The translations under genes and the position numbers were made by a program. From the human T2T-CHM13v2.0 reference genome, Homo sapiens: a DNA stretch of 64,000 nt. The notes below the pieces were generated by a model. It saw only the letters and a program-made list of their open reading frames with translations. It did not search any database and was not told the origin of the DNA. Shown one piece after another: positions 13,062 to 26,460 of the stretch. The first letter of the stretch is position 1; each line of letters begins with the position of its first letter. The stretch lies in the NCBI RefSeq assembly GCF_009914755.1, contig NC_060948.1; one strand, written 5' to 3'.

Positions 13062-13598
13062 CTATATACATATGCATATAAAAGACAAATACAATAGATG
13101 AAACCAAAACCATACTGAATAAAATATGGCACAAAGATAGAAAAAAGAAAATCCCATGATCTCAGCCCCAAAATTTCTCAAAATAATAAGTAACTTCAGC
13201 AAGCTGACAAGATACAAAATCAGTATTCAAAAATTACAAGCATTTTTTCACACCAACGATAGACAAGCAAGGAGCCAAATCATGAATGAACTCCAATTCA
13301 CAAATGCAACAAAGAGAACAAAATACCTAGGAATACAGCTAGCAAGAAGTGTGAATGACCTCCTCAAGGAGAACTACAAACCGCTGCTCAAGGAAATAAT
13401 AGAGGACACAAAAAAATGGAAAGCATTCCATGCTCATGGATAGATAGAATTAATATTGTGAAAATAGCCATACTACCCAAAGCAATTTACAGATTTAATG
13501 ATCCTATCAAACTACTCTTGACATTATTCACAGAATCAAAGAAACCTATTTTAAATTTTATATGGAATCAAAGAAGACCCTGGATAGTCAGGACAATC

Positions 13599-13893
13599 TT
13601 TTTTTTTTTTTATATATGGAGTCTCTCTTTGTCCCCCAGGCTGGAGTGAAGTGGTGTGATTTTGGCTCACTGCAAGCTCCACCTCCCAGGTGTATGCCAT
13701 TCTCCTCCCTCAGCCTCTTGAGTAGCTGGGACTACAGGCATTTGCCACCATGCCTGGCTAATTTTTTGTATTTTTAGTAGAGACGGGTTTTCACTGTGTT
13801 AGCCAGGATGGTCTCAATCTCCTGACCTGGTGATCTGCCCACCTCAGTCTCCCAAAATTCTGGGATTACCGGCATCAGCCACCATGCCTGGCC
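13599..13893 (-). mobile_element. AluY-like
   Basis: GCAAGCTCC, GCCATTCTCC and TTAGCCAGGATGG diagnostics; TSD AGTCAGGACAA(T/A)CTT. Confidence 0.95.
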
Positions 13894-15207
13894 AGTCAGG
13901 ACAAACTTAAGCAAAAGGAACAAAACTGGAGTCATCATGGTACCTGACTTCAAACTATACTAAAAGGCAACAGTAACCAAAACAGCATGGCAATTACACC
14001 AAAACAGACATATAGACCAATGGAGTAGGACAGAAACCTCAGAAATAACACCACACAACTACAACCATCTGATCTTTGAAGACAAACCTGACAAAAGCAA
14101 GCAATGGGGAAAGGATATCCTATTCAGTAAAGGGTGCTGGGAAAACTGGCTAGCCATACACAGAAAACTAAAACTTGACCTTTTCCTTGTAACTTATACA
14201 AAAATTAACTCTATATGGATTAAAGACTTAAATGTAAAACCCAAAACCATAAAAACCCTAGAAGAAAACCTAGGCAATACCATTCAAGACACAGGCATTA
14301 GCAAATGCTTCATTAAAAAAGCCAAAAATAATTGCCACAAAAGCCAAAATTGACAAATGGGGTCTAATTAAACTATAGAGCTTCTGAACAGCAAAACAAA
14401 CTATCATCAGATTGAACAGGTAATGTACAGAATGGGAGAAAATGTTTGCAATCTATCAATCTGACAAAGACCTAATATCCAGAATCTACAAGGAACTTGA
14501 AGAAATTTACAAAAATAAAAAATAAAAATAAAAAAACACACCTCCATCAAAAAGTAGGCAAAGAATATAAACAGACACTTCTAAAAAGAAGATATTTACA
14601 CAGTCAACAAACATATGGAAAAAAGCTCAACATCACTAATCATCAGAGAAATTTAAATCAAAACCACAATGAAATACCATCTCACACCAGTCAGAATGGT
14701 GATTATTAAAGGGTCAGGAAACAATGGGTACCAATCTGTCTGTGGAGAAAGAGGAATGTTCTTATACTGTTGGTGGGAATGTAAATTAGTTCTACCACTG
14801 TGGATTACAGTATGGTAATTCCTCAAGGATTTAGAACCAACAATATGATTTGACCCAGCAATCCCATTACCAGGTATACACTCAAAAGAATATAAATTAT
14901 TCTAGTATAAAGACACATGCACACATATGTTTAATGCAGCACTAAGTACCATAGCAAAGACATGGAACCAACAATGCCCATCAATGATACAATGGATAAT
15001 GAAAATGTGGTAGAAATACACTGTGGAATACTATGCAACCATAAAAAGGAATGAGATTATATCCTTTGCAGGGACATGAATGAAGCTGGGAGCCATCATC
15101 CACAACAAACTAAGATAGGGACAGATAACCAAATACCACATGTTCTCACTCTTAAGTGGGAGTTGAACAATGAGAACACATAGACTTGGAGAGGGAAACA
15201 ACACGTG

Positions 15208-17078
15208 GTCAGTAAAGAATGTCACATTCTAACAGATCCAAGATCTCTAAGTTTATCTTGTGACCTTAAGAGAAGAGGATTATCTAACTCACAGGTATTT
15301 GAGAATAAACCTAAAACTGTCCTTGGCTTTAAAAGGTCTTATCTGAGATTGCTTGTGGAACAGACTTTCATCAAAACCAATCCAAAATCCTTACGTAGGA
15401 ATAGGTATTATTGCAGCACTCTATGCAAATTATCAGGCCAAGTATAAGGCTAAAGTCTATTTTGCAAAACACTCAGTCTTAAAATTTTGTTTAACAAAAA
15501 CAAGGAGTTGATAGAGGGAAATAATGTTTCAAAACTTATTTTACATTTGTCATTAATTTCAAAATTTATTAGTTGTTTTTTAAGTTTTCACCTATACTTT
15601 TGACTAACCCTGCTTGTTCCTGTGAATCTACCAGCTCTGGCTCTGGCTGCAGCTCATAAAGAACAAGAGAAATAGATAATGTAAAAATCTACATCAATAT
15701 CCTAGTTCTGAGCAATTATCCTGAAAATCTTGCCAGGTTATGGGAATAAATAGAATACTTATCAATCAGAGGTTTCCTTTTGGGAAAGTAACATTGAAGG
15801 AGCTAATTGAGGCTAAGCACTATGCACCCAAATCCTAGAAAGCATAACTATCGCCATCAGTTATTTGGGTGTGCCACAAGACATCTGTTTCTCTCCCTTG
15901 TTGGAGGAGAACTGAGTTCCATAGTTTCACCTTAGCATTCGGCTTATGATAAGGAGTCTTTGAGATACCTCCCCAACTCCCTGCTGACACATTTTTTCCC
16001 AATCTCAATTCCAAGCTTTGGATTAAAGCACTAGGGGAAAAAAATGGACCTGAGCAATCCTAAGGCAGATGAAAACACAGGTTAAAAGGCACAGCACAGG
16101 TAAATGTGGGTTATTCCTGATAATTAAGCCAACCCCAAGCTTCCTGTTTCATGGATAAAGGCCATATTAGTATCCATGGGATAAATGAGGTCTAGGGTAT
16201 CCAAGGTTACTGAAAGCCAAGAAGATAGAGTGTACATGGGTAAGAGTGGATAATTCTCACCTCCTAGGATCCTCTGCTTCATGGGTGCAAGCCACTTTAA
16301 TACCCATGGCAGTGCCTGCCAAGGTCATTGGAACTTGGAAATACAAGAAAGAATGAGGGAAAGAGGATGCTATTCCATCTCTCCCTCGTGTACCTCAGGT
16401 ATCTGCTAGGAAGAGAAGGAAACCAGGGATGCCTGATTCCCTCTTTCTACAACGGTATCAGTTCATCTTCAGTCTGTACCCCTTTTGAATGCATCCTGAA
16501 CTTCTGAGACTCCTTTAAAATATCCCTTCTCTTTTACTTTCTCCTCCCCAGCTCACTCTTCATGGTTAAATAATTGTGTCTCTGCAATACAAGTCACTCA
16601 CCTCAGAGGCCTTTTCCAAACTGAAAAGAGAAAATTTCTCAAACGTTAAATGGTTGGCTTAAAATTGAGCTCAGGGGAAGGAAACCCTGAAGCCCTACAG
16701 GCTGGCAAAATGGTAAAGTTTTTCTAGTTAGTCAGGTTTTTGACCTCCCTTTGATGCAAACTGCTAAAATGCTTTGAAACTTTTGAGCACTTCTAAGCCC
16801 TCCCTTTGTTTCATTTTCATACATGTTTTCTAACAACCTGATTTGTTTGTTCTTGCCTTCAGACTGTAAAACTCTAAATGGTAATTCAGCTGAAGCCTCT
16901 GATGATGGCCCTTTATGTTCCTCCTCTAGGGACTCTTAAATAGGCCTCTGAGAGGGGTCTGACTGCCATTTCCCCAAAACAGTATCCTCCATCAGTAGGA
17001 AGGAGTTAAGTTTAGTCTTTGTCTGTATTCTTATTTTTATATTAACAGAAGTTAGATGTACTTCTTTAGTACAAAGAA
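15208..17078 (+). mobile_element. MER61/MER4-group ERV internal 3' region (non-coding)
   Basis: AGGTCTTATCTGAGATT..ATCAGGCCAAGTATAAG MER4-group motifs; ends GTTAGATGTACTTCTT just before the LTR. Confidence 0.75.
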
Positions 17079-17933
17079 TTAGATAGCCAGGTGAAAGGGG
17101 TTCTCCAGAGAATCTCCAACCAGCCTGCACACTAGAAGGAATGAACACTGTGATGAGCCTCAGGAACTGTTGCAGAAATTAGAGAATCAGAGAGACCAAA
17201 TGGGTGTTATAGTAGGATTTGTATTAAGGTGTACACAGGCTCAGTGGATTCGCATCCAAAAAGCTGAGCCTAGAACAAAGACACGGCTTGATTTTTATAA
17301 GCAAGCTTACAGAAGCAGAACAAAGACAGTTAATTAAACAGTGACAGGTCTCATAATCTCTACTGTAGCTTGTAACCTTGCATCTGCATCTAAGGAGAAA
17401 CAGGAACTTACAAAACTTGCAAAATATTTATGGGGAGGGGATAAAGGGCTAAAAGAGGAATTTTGTTTTACTTATCCTTATGATGGGGAGTGCTAGGGAG
17501 AGTCTCTGGAGCACATTTCTTTTGGCTCCTGACCTCTTAGATAGTGTTACCAGGACCTCGCCTGGGCCTGGGCTGTGTCTGTTACTGCTTTTTGGCATGA
17601 GATAGCCTAATACAGAAAAATTTGTTTTTTTCTTTTAGTTTAATTTTATTTTCATTTCTTTCTTTAATTTTATGCCTCAGAACATTGTACCATTTGCAGT
17701 AGCAATGAGCCTGGCTCCTCCTCTTATTGTGTGGAAGTAGGGAAACAGGCAGGCAGGAAGCCCACTAGTAGGAACTCTGGCCTTGCAGGAGTCACTGTTT
17801 CTCCCTTTTCTTCCCTTTTACCCAATAAAACCCTGTGTCTGTCTTATCATTTAAATTGTCTGTTAGCTGAAATTTTCATAGCTGCAGGACAAATAACCCT
17901 GTTTTTAGTTGAATAAGGGAATGTCCTGCAACA
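17079..17933 (+). mobile_element. MER61 3' LTR, interrupted by a second LTR
   Basis: AGATAGCCAGGTG..CTCCAACCAGCCTGCACACT..CCCAATAAAACCCTG..GTCCTGCAACA. Confidence 0.8.
17168..17679 (-). mobile_element. HERV-ERI-group solo LTR nested in the MER61 LTR
   Basis: TG..CA termini and perfect TSD GAAC/GAAC; R/U5 resembles the LTRs at 43486 and 52474 (GGCTCAGTGGA..CATCCA..CTGAGC; CAGGAACTTACAAAA). Confidence 0.85.
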
Positions 17934-18570
17934 CTGCGGGCTAAAAAGAGTATGAATCATAGGGATAGAAAGAGATTAGTCAATGGATACAAAAAAATGC
18001 AGTTAGATGGAAGAAATATGTCACAGCAGGGTCACTGTGTTTAGTAATAATGCATCGTAGGCTGGCAAGGTGGCTCATGTCTGTAATTCCAGCACTTTGG
18101 GAGGCTGAGGCAGGAGAATCACAAGGTCAGGAGTTTGAGACCAGCCTGGCCAACATGGGGAAACCTTGTCTCTACTAAAAATACAAAAAATTAGCTGGGC
18201 ATAGTGGTGGGCACTTGTTATCCGGCTGCTCAGGAGGCTGAGGTAAGAGAATCACTTGAACCTGGGAGTCAGAGGTTGCAGTGAGCTAAGATTGCACTAT
18301 TGCACTCCAGCCCAGGTGACTGAGTGAAACTCCATCTCAAATAATAATAATAATAAACAATAAACAATAAAAATAATAATGCATTGTATATTTCAATGTA
18401 GAAGAGAAAATTTCTAGGGTTCTCATCACAAATTATCAACCTTAGAGGTGATGGATAAATACCTTTATTTGATATATGTATGCATGTATAGAATAACATG
18501 GTCTTCGATATATAAGTGTGCATTTATTATATGTCAATGGAAAATATAATAAAATTTAAAATGTAAAAAG
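17934..18570 (+). mobile_element. L1MA 3' UTR, interrupted by an Alu
   Basis: GAGATTAGTCAATGGATACAAAA..CAGTTAGAT; AATAATGCATTGTATATTTCAA..GAGGTGATGGATA. Confidence 0.75.
18060..18372 (+). mobile_element. AluS (Sg-like)
   Basis: Full dimer; TSD A(G/A)TAATAATGCAT(C/T)GTA. Confidence 0.95.
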
Positions 18571-18618
18571 TAACATAGTGAAAGAAATAGATGGAGAGGC
18601 AAGAAAAAATGCAAAACA

Positions 18619-18925
18619 GGCCAGGCACGATGGCTGACTCTTGTAATCCCAGCACTTTAGGAGGCTGAGGCGGGTGGATCACGAGGTCAGGGGATCAAGG
18701 CCATCCTGGCTAACACGGTGAAACCCCATCTCTACTAAAAATACAAAAAATTAGCCAGGCGTGGTGGCGGGCACCTGTAGTCTCAGCTACTCCAGAGGCT
18801 GAGGCAGGGGAATAGTGTGAACCTGGGGTCGGAGCTTGCAGTGAGCCAAGATTGTGCCACTGCACTCCAGCCTGGGAGACAGAGCCAGACTCTGCCAAAA
18901 AAATTAAAAAAATAAAAAAAAAGAA
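18619..18925 (+). mobile_element. AluY-like
   Basis: CCATCCTGGCTAACACGG and GGAGCTTGCAGTGAG diagnostics; approximate TSD AAGAAA.AATG.AAAACA. Confidence 0.95.
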
Positions 18926-19144
18926 AAGAAATAATGAAAAACAACACAGACACTTATGAATGTATATACATGCAAATTCAGAAAAAAAATAAAATGTACC
19001 AGAGACATAAAGACAAATAAAGCTAAGAGAAGATGGCACAAACTCACACTGAGTACATAAAGAAAGCTGGGGGTCACTCCCTCTCCTCTTTTGAGTGCCT
19101 GTTTATTCGAAAATAGTGTCCTGATTATGATACCTCTGCTGCCA

Positions 19145-19497
<353 letters not shown>

Positions 19498-20247
19498 TTA
19501 TCACTTCTCTTCTCCACCCATTTGTTTTTCCTACTGGTGCTTTATTTCTGAGATACTACTGCAAGAGACTGAGCTGCATGTTATTACTGTTAAGCTGCTG
19601 GAGAAAACGACACTGTTGAGATTAATGTTCATCCCTCATGAACTTTTACAATTGAAACAATTGAAAAATCCACCAAAATCATATCTACTGATGCCCATTA
19701 TGCATCCCTTCAGTAGTTGTCTTGCTATATCCTGTGATAGTGAGGTCAGACCACTAGTTAAATAAGTTAAGACAAGTAGTGATGTTTCTGTAGATCAAAC
19801 CTCTGTTCATATTGCAGCCCTTTTGAATTTACATAGAATAATACCATACATATCTTGGAGAAAAAGAAGAATAGAGGGAAAAGTCTGGATTACTTTGGCT
19901 CTTACCTCAACCATGTTCTCCTCAGTGTTACTTCTTATTAGTGAAGATAATCTTGAGTGTCCATTCTACAACTTCTCTCTCTCCATCTTTCTCTGTCTCT
20001 ATCTTTCTCTCTCTCTCTGTATACATATATGCAAACATTTAGGTTGATAATATCTCAACTTTTCTGATTAAAGCTGGGATGAACATGATGGTGTAAGTAT
20101 CTCTTTAATATACGTTTTTCTTTTTCTTGAATAATGAGGTTGCTGGATCATACAGTAGGTTTTATATTTGTTTGTTCACCTTGTGAGAAACCTCCATACT
20201 ATTCTCCATAATGGCCAGCTCAGACGCAGTAGAATAGGCTACCTAAG

Positions 20248-20572
20248 GTTTTTTTATTTATTTTTATTTTTATTTTTGAGATGGAGTCTTGCTCTGTTGC
20301 CCAGGCTGGAGTGCAATGGTGCAATCTCAGCTCGCTGCCACTTCTGTCTCCTGGGGTCATACCATTCTCCTGACTCACTCTCCTGAGTTGCCGGGATTAC
20401 AGGCACACCCCACAATGCCTGGCTGTTTGTTTGTTTGTTTGTTTTTGTATTTTTAGTAGAAACGGGGTTTCACCATGTTAGCCTGGTTGGCCTCAATTTC
20501 CTGACCTCGTGATCCGCCCACCTCAGTCTCACAAAGCGCTGGGATTACAGGAGTGAGCCACTGCTCCTGGCC
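20248..20572 (-). mobile_element. AluS (Sc-like)
   Basis: Full reverse dimer with a T-rich tail. Confidence 0.93.
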
Positions 20573-20839
20573 AGTGAAGTTCTCTACTCTAGTCCCTAGT
20601 TCTCATTTCATCTCTGGATCTGTCCATGACCTGGGGGAAATTTCTGCCCTCAGTGGAAGGAAAAAAATCTGGTTGTCTTTATAACTTGTTTATGTAGAGC
20701 CATAGGTTCTTTAGCAAACATAGGCAGTAAATGGTTAATAATTAGACCTGGTTTTGTGCAAGACCTAGTGCTGTCCTGGCTTCATGTCTGTCCCACAGTG
20801 GAGTCCCGGGGTGGTGGACACAGGGGTGTTATTTTTACA

Positions 20840-20905
20840 GAGAAGGGGAGAGGGAGGGGGAGTGGGAGAGGGAAGAGGGAGAGGGAGAGGGAGACGGAGT
20901 GGGAG
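20840..20905. repeat. GA-rich purine simple repeat
   Basis: Degenerate (GGGAGA)n. Confidence 0.8.
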
Positions 20906-21534
20906 ATTTGTTTGGAAAAAAGCAGGGGAAGAGGACTAAAGCATCTGCCTGCTAATTTATAAAGTTCTTCTAGACCTCATTTAAGACCATTCATCTATGT
21001 GGTGCTTTTTACACATCTATAAGAATCACAACATTACTGGGCTTAGGAAGCTCCCTAATGCAGATAAGGTTTAGATAGTAACACCAAAGTTTTTTTCAAA
21101 TATCTGTAAGCCTTCCCCTGTGCTGGTATAAGCAAGCTCAGACTGTGAAGACAACAATAACTCTTCAATGCCCAGAAACCAATGAACATCAACAACCAGC
21201 AAGACCACCAAGGAAAAATTGACTGTCCCAGACAAACTCAGCACGACATTAGGGATCAATCCTGAAGAAACAAAGATATGTGGTCCTTCAGACTTAGAAT
21301 TCAAAATAGTTCTGTTTGGAAGATAACACAGAAAAGAAATTCAAGATAAATTCAGCATAGCACAGAGAAGGATGACAGAATTTGAGAAAACACTGAGAAG
21401 AAATACAGAATTTTATCAATTTGAAATTAAAATGTTAAAATTCATCATTTTACAAAATAATTTACATAACTAAAAAGAGCCAAGCAGCATTTTAGAAGGT
21501 AAAGTATAATTCAAAAACAGAAAAATGCACTGTC

Positions 21535-21857
21535 TTTTATTTATTTATTTATGTATTTATTTATGTATTTATTTATTTCTGAGAAGCAATCTCACTCTGT
21601 TGCCCAGGCTGCCATGCAATGGCACAATCTAGGTTCATTGCAAACTCTGCCTCCTGGGTTCAAGCAATTCTTCTGCCTCAGCCTCCCAAGTAGCCGGAGT
21701 TACAGCCATGCACCACCATTCCTAGTTAATTTTTGCACTTACTTAGAGCCAGAATTTCACTGTATTGGCCAGGCTGGTCTCTAACTCCTGACCTCATGAT
21801 CCACCCACCTCAGCCTCCCAAAGTGCTAGGATTACACACATGAACCACTGCACCTGA
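21535..21857 (-). mobile_element. AluS
   Basis: Reverse dimer with a (TTTA)n tail. Confidence 0.92.
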
Positions 21858-23119
21858 ATACATCTGTGTCTTTTGTAGAATAACTGATCAAGCAGGAGAA
21901 AAAAGTAGTGAGCTTGAAGACAGATTATTTGAATACAGTCAGAGGAGACAAAAAAAAAAAAGAAATTAAAGAAATTTAAAAAAAGAATAAAGTATTCCTA
22001 CAGGATCTAGGAAGTAACCTCAAGGGGAAAACTGAGAATAATTGGCCCTAAAAAAAGGCAGAGAGTGAGAGAGAGCTAAAACTTTATTCAAAATCATAAC
22101 AGTAGAGAACTTTTCAAACCTATAGGAAGATATTTGTTTCCAAGTTCAAGAAAGTTGTATAGAACACCAAGGAGATTTAAACCATAGAAGGCTACTTCAA
22201 GGCATTTAATAAATAAAGTATCAAATAAAGTATAATAAATAAAGTATCAAAGAACCAACTTTAGTAAAGTTGGAGGATATGAAATCAACCTACAAAAAAA
22301 GTAACATTTATATATGTCAATGGCAAACTGTCTAAAAAAAAATCAAGAAAGTAATCTCATTTACAGTAGCTACAAATAAAACACCTAGAAACTAATTTAA
22401 GCAAAGAAGTGAAAGATCTGAAAACTATAAAAAATTGATGCAAGAAATTGAAGAGGACACAATAACTAGAAAGATATTCTATGTTCATAAATTGGAATAA
22501 TTAATACTGTTAAAATATTTATACTACCAAAATCAGGTTTAATGAAACCTTCATAAAAACACCAATGACTTGCTTCATAAAAATAAACAAAGAAACAAAT
22601 TAGTATGGAACCACAATGACCCAGAATAGCCAAATCTGTTTTAAGCAAAATGATCAAAGCTGGAGGAATTACATTACCTGATTTCAAATTATTCTATAAA
22701 ATGATAGTAAAAAATTAAAACATAAAAAGCTACATGCTACTGCCATAAAAACAAACACATTGACCAGTGGAACATGTTAGACAATGCAGAAAAGAATTTA
22801 TACATCTACAGGGTACTCATTTTTAACAAAGTTCCCAAGAACATACACTGGAGAAAAGACAGTCTGTTCAATAAATGTTTCTGGGTAAACCAAATATCCA
22901 TATGCAGAAGAATGAGAATTAAATCAATATGGAGTAAAGACTTAAGATGTAAGACCTCAGATTATAAAATGGCTAGAAGAAAACATTGAAAACAAGGCCC
23001 TCAGGACATTGGTCTGGGCAAATATTTCTTGACCAAAACTCCACAAAAAAAATTTCTTTACCAAAACCAAAGCAAAAATAAAAAGTGAGATCAAAACAAA
23101 TTAGAAAGCTTCTGCATAA

Positions 23120-23440
<321 letters not shown>

Positions 23441-23729
23441 TTATCTAACAAAGGAGTAATGATCAGAATATATGTTTATATATATCTGATGACTAATCAG
23501 AATACAGGAGCTCAGACAACTCTAAAAGAAAAAACTCATAATCCAATGGTAAAAAATGGACAAAAGAGCTGAATAGACACTTCTCAAAGGATGACATAAA
23601 AATTTCATACAAACAGGCATATTTTATCTGAGCATATATTCCACACTTTTCCCCCAAAACTGAAATCAGGTAATCAAAGAAATTATTTAACATAAATAAA
23701 AATACTTCTGAAGTAAGTAAAATGTATGA

Positions 23730-25600
23730 GACAAACAAATGTCCATTACCTAATAAATTTATAAATAAAATGTAGACGTTTCATACAATGCAACATTAAT
23801 TAGTCATGAAATAAAGAGTGAATGGTATAACCCCTTGAAACACTGAAAATCTTATGCTACACAAACAAAAACAAGAAACATAAAGGCACACACTGTGAAT
23901 TGTTAAATAAAATATTCTGAATAGTAAAATCTCTTTGTTTATGTCATCCAGTATAATACTATTTACTATTTATTGGACATAACTTGAGGTCCTTAATTTC
24001 TAGACATCAAAACTTCAAAGGACTATTTTTCCATGGAGTTTAACATTAAAATTAGTGAATAGTGAATTCATGTATTATGTGTATTTTTTATTGCAAACCA
24101 TTCACATTGCTGTAGATCCTGAACTCATAAGTGAGGATCATGCAAATGTTGGCAGCAAGCCAGAAAACCACTCTGCAAGCAAACAAATACTCTGCAGAGA
24201 ATGGAAATTCATACCACAATGCCAAATATCTAACCTCAGTCATCTTAGAATTATACATATATTGACACATTAATTCACATAGGATCTGGAACTTAAGTGA
24301 TTGGTTGGTTGTTGATGAGTTGACCTGATTTGGGGAGAATTTGTCCTGGAATAATGAAGGGAATGGGGGTTAATATTTCTTCTTACCTGCTTGTTCTTCC
24401 CCAGCACCTTCAACTTTATTTTCCTCCTCTTCAGCTTTTCCTCTCCTTCTTCACCCTGACCTATTTCTTCTTTATCCTTTGCTTCTTTAGACACTTCCTT
24501 AGCAGCTTAGTCCTCTTCCCTGCCACCTCTTCCTCCTCCTCTTTATTATCTTTCTCCTCCTAGGCTTTTTCTTCAGAGGGGTACTAGTCTTTGCCTTCCT
24601 CAATCTTAGCACTCTCAATGGATTCCTCCACCATGATCTACTCCTCTTGCCCATGGCTACTGTAGTAGGACAGGAAGGAGTGGGTGGACATCATGTAGGA
24701 GTTGGTATGTGAACCCCAGTAGGTGATAAACCAAAGACCAGGGGGTCTGGAAGCAGTGTGCTTCCCATGCTGCTGAAACTCAGCTGGGTCTCCTTGCCTT
24801 TGAAGGGTTTCCTCTGAGCTGCAGCCTCAATACAAAGAGCCATCTTCACCTGGAGGACTTGGTATTCATTTAGGTATCCAGATGTTTAACTTTGCCATCT
24901 TCAATTCATTTTCTAATTTGTGGATGATGGCCTGCACACTACTGATGTAGGTGTTCAACTTGTCCTTTGGCTCCTGCAGCTATATCTCCATTACTTCCTT
25001 CATGCCCTAGCATGCTTTGATCTCCAAGTTCTTGGTCTTGAGCAGGTAGTGGCTCTGAGACACCTTGTTTCTGGTGCCTTGCATGGCATAGACCCTCTTG
25101 ACAGTGCTCTGGCTCAGCAGTCTAAAGGGCTCTTAAAGCACTCCTCTGCATGCTCTGCATGCTCTTGGCAGCCATCTTTCCCTACTGTGGGCAGATGACC
25201 TCCAGCAAAGAGGTGAGGTTGAGATTGGTGAACATGTTTATCTCTATGGAGATCTGCACATACTGGATCTGCCCCTGCAAGTGGATGGATCTCCTCTTAG
25301 TGAAATTTCTTCAGAAAGGCAATTTTGCCCATCAGGCTATCCAGGTGCTTTTCGCTCTGCTGTGGTGCAGCCTGGTCAGAACATTTGCAGGCTTCCATCC
25401 TGCTGCCCTCAGCCTGTTTGTAGGAAAATTTTGTATCAGGGTAATAAAAATATTTTTAAATTAGTAATTGCAGTGAAAAAACATTGTGAAACAATTAAAA
25501 ACCCCCAAGTGTATGCTTTAAAATGATACAATGTAAATATATCATTATATAGGATATATAAATTATATAGATCATTACCATTTCAGTTAAAAGTTAAAAT
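23730..25600 (+). mobile_element. L1MB-like 3' UTR remnants flanking the NEFL pseudogene (23730-23930 and 25420-25600)
   Basis: AACAAATGTCCAT..ATAAATAAAATGT..CATACAATG; CATTGTGAA..TTAAAA..GTATGCTTTAAAATG. Confidence 0.6.
23931..25414 (-). pseudogene. NEFLP1: Processed pseudogene of neurofilament light chain (NEFL), 5'-truncated; likely NEFLP1
   Basis: Minus strand encodes decayed [69 protein letters not shown] and the C-terminus KAEEEENKVEGAGEEQAGKKKY* (stop 24370-24372), followed by the NEFL 3' UTR. No introns at the three NEFL junctions; many stops and frameshifts. Parent gene is secure; the locus name is from recall. Confidence 0.92.
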
Positions 25601-25680
25601 TTATGAGAGGAAATGTAGAAACTAGTGGGCATTATTCTTAAATGTGTCTAAGATAATACCAAAACTCTGTATTGCTGGGA

Positions 25681-26460
25681 AAACAGACTATATACAGAGT
25701 ATTGGTATGGAGCAGTAGGGTATTGCTATGAAGCTACCTGAAAATATGGAAGCCACATAGGAATTAAATAACTAACATAGGTTAGAAGAGTGTGGAGGTC
25801 TCAGAAGATGATAAGGAAAAGTTTGGGACTTCCTAGAGTGTTACTAAATTGTTGTGACCAATGTGCTGATAGTGATAGGGAAAATGAAGTAGACACTGAG
25901 GAGATCATGCATGGAAATAAGGAGCTTATTGGGAAGCAGAGCAAATGTCATATTTGTTACACATTAGCAAGGTACCCTTGATAATGCATTGTACCCCTGC
26001 CCTAGGGATATGTGGAACTCTGAAGTTGAGTATGGTGACTTAGAGTCTGTGGTGGAAAAATTTAGGGTATGTGGTGAAAAAAATTTCTAAGCAGAAAGTG
26101 CTCCAGATGTCACCTGGATGCTTCTAACAACCTAAGCTCATATGCATGAGCAAACAGATGACATGAAACTGAAACTTATGTTAAAAAAAGTAATACAGCA
26201 TAAAAGTTTGGAAAACTTGCAGCCTGCAAAGTGGTAGAAAAGCAAAGCTCTTTTTCAGAGAAGAAATTTAAGATGCTGCAGTAAAGCAAAAAGGAGCTAA
26301 GTGTTAGTATCCAAGACAATGGGGAAAAAACCTCTAAGATATTTCAGAGAGCCTCTTTTACCACAGACACAGAAGCTTAGCAAAGATAAATGGTTGTTTC
26401 ATGGACCATATTCAAGGACTTTCAGCTCTGCACAACTTTGGGACACTGCTCCTTGAATGT
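25681..26460 (+). mobile_element. MST-int (MaLR internal) fragment with LTR end
   Basis: ACAGACTATATACA|GAGTATTGGTA..ATTGCTATGAAG.TACCTGAAAAT.TGGAAGC..TTGTGACCAA..TGCTGATAGTGATA. Confidence 0.88.

Larger units (their letters stand above)
11516..15207 (+). mobile_element. Older L1PA (L1P3 class): 5' UTR fused to mid-ORF2 (about 3 kb internal deletion), 3' end lost
   Basis: GGCCAGGATGGGTGACTAGAAACAGC 5' start; jump at ~12592 to TCAAGTCAGGTTCATCCCTG; ORF2 peptides [36 protein letters not shown]. Confidence 0.9.

Noticed and set aside
24920-25526. Plus-strand ORFs of 81-104 aa
   Set aside because: Antisense shadows of the NEFL rod-domain pseudogene
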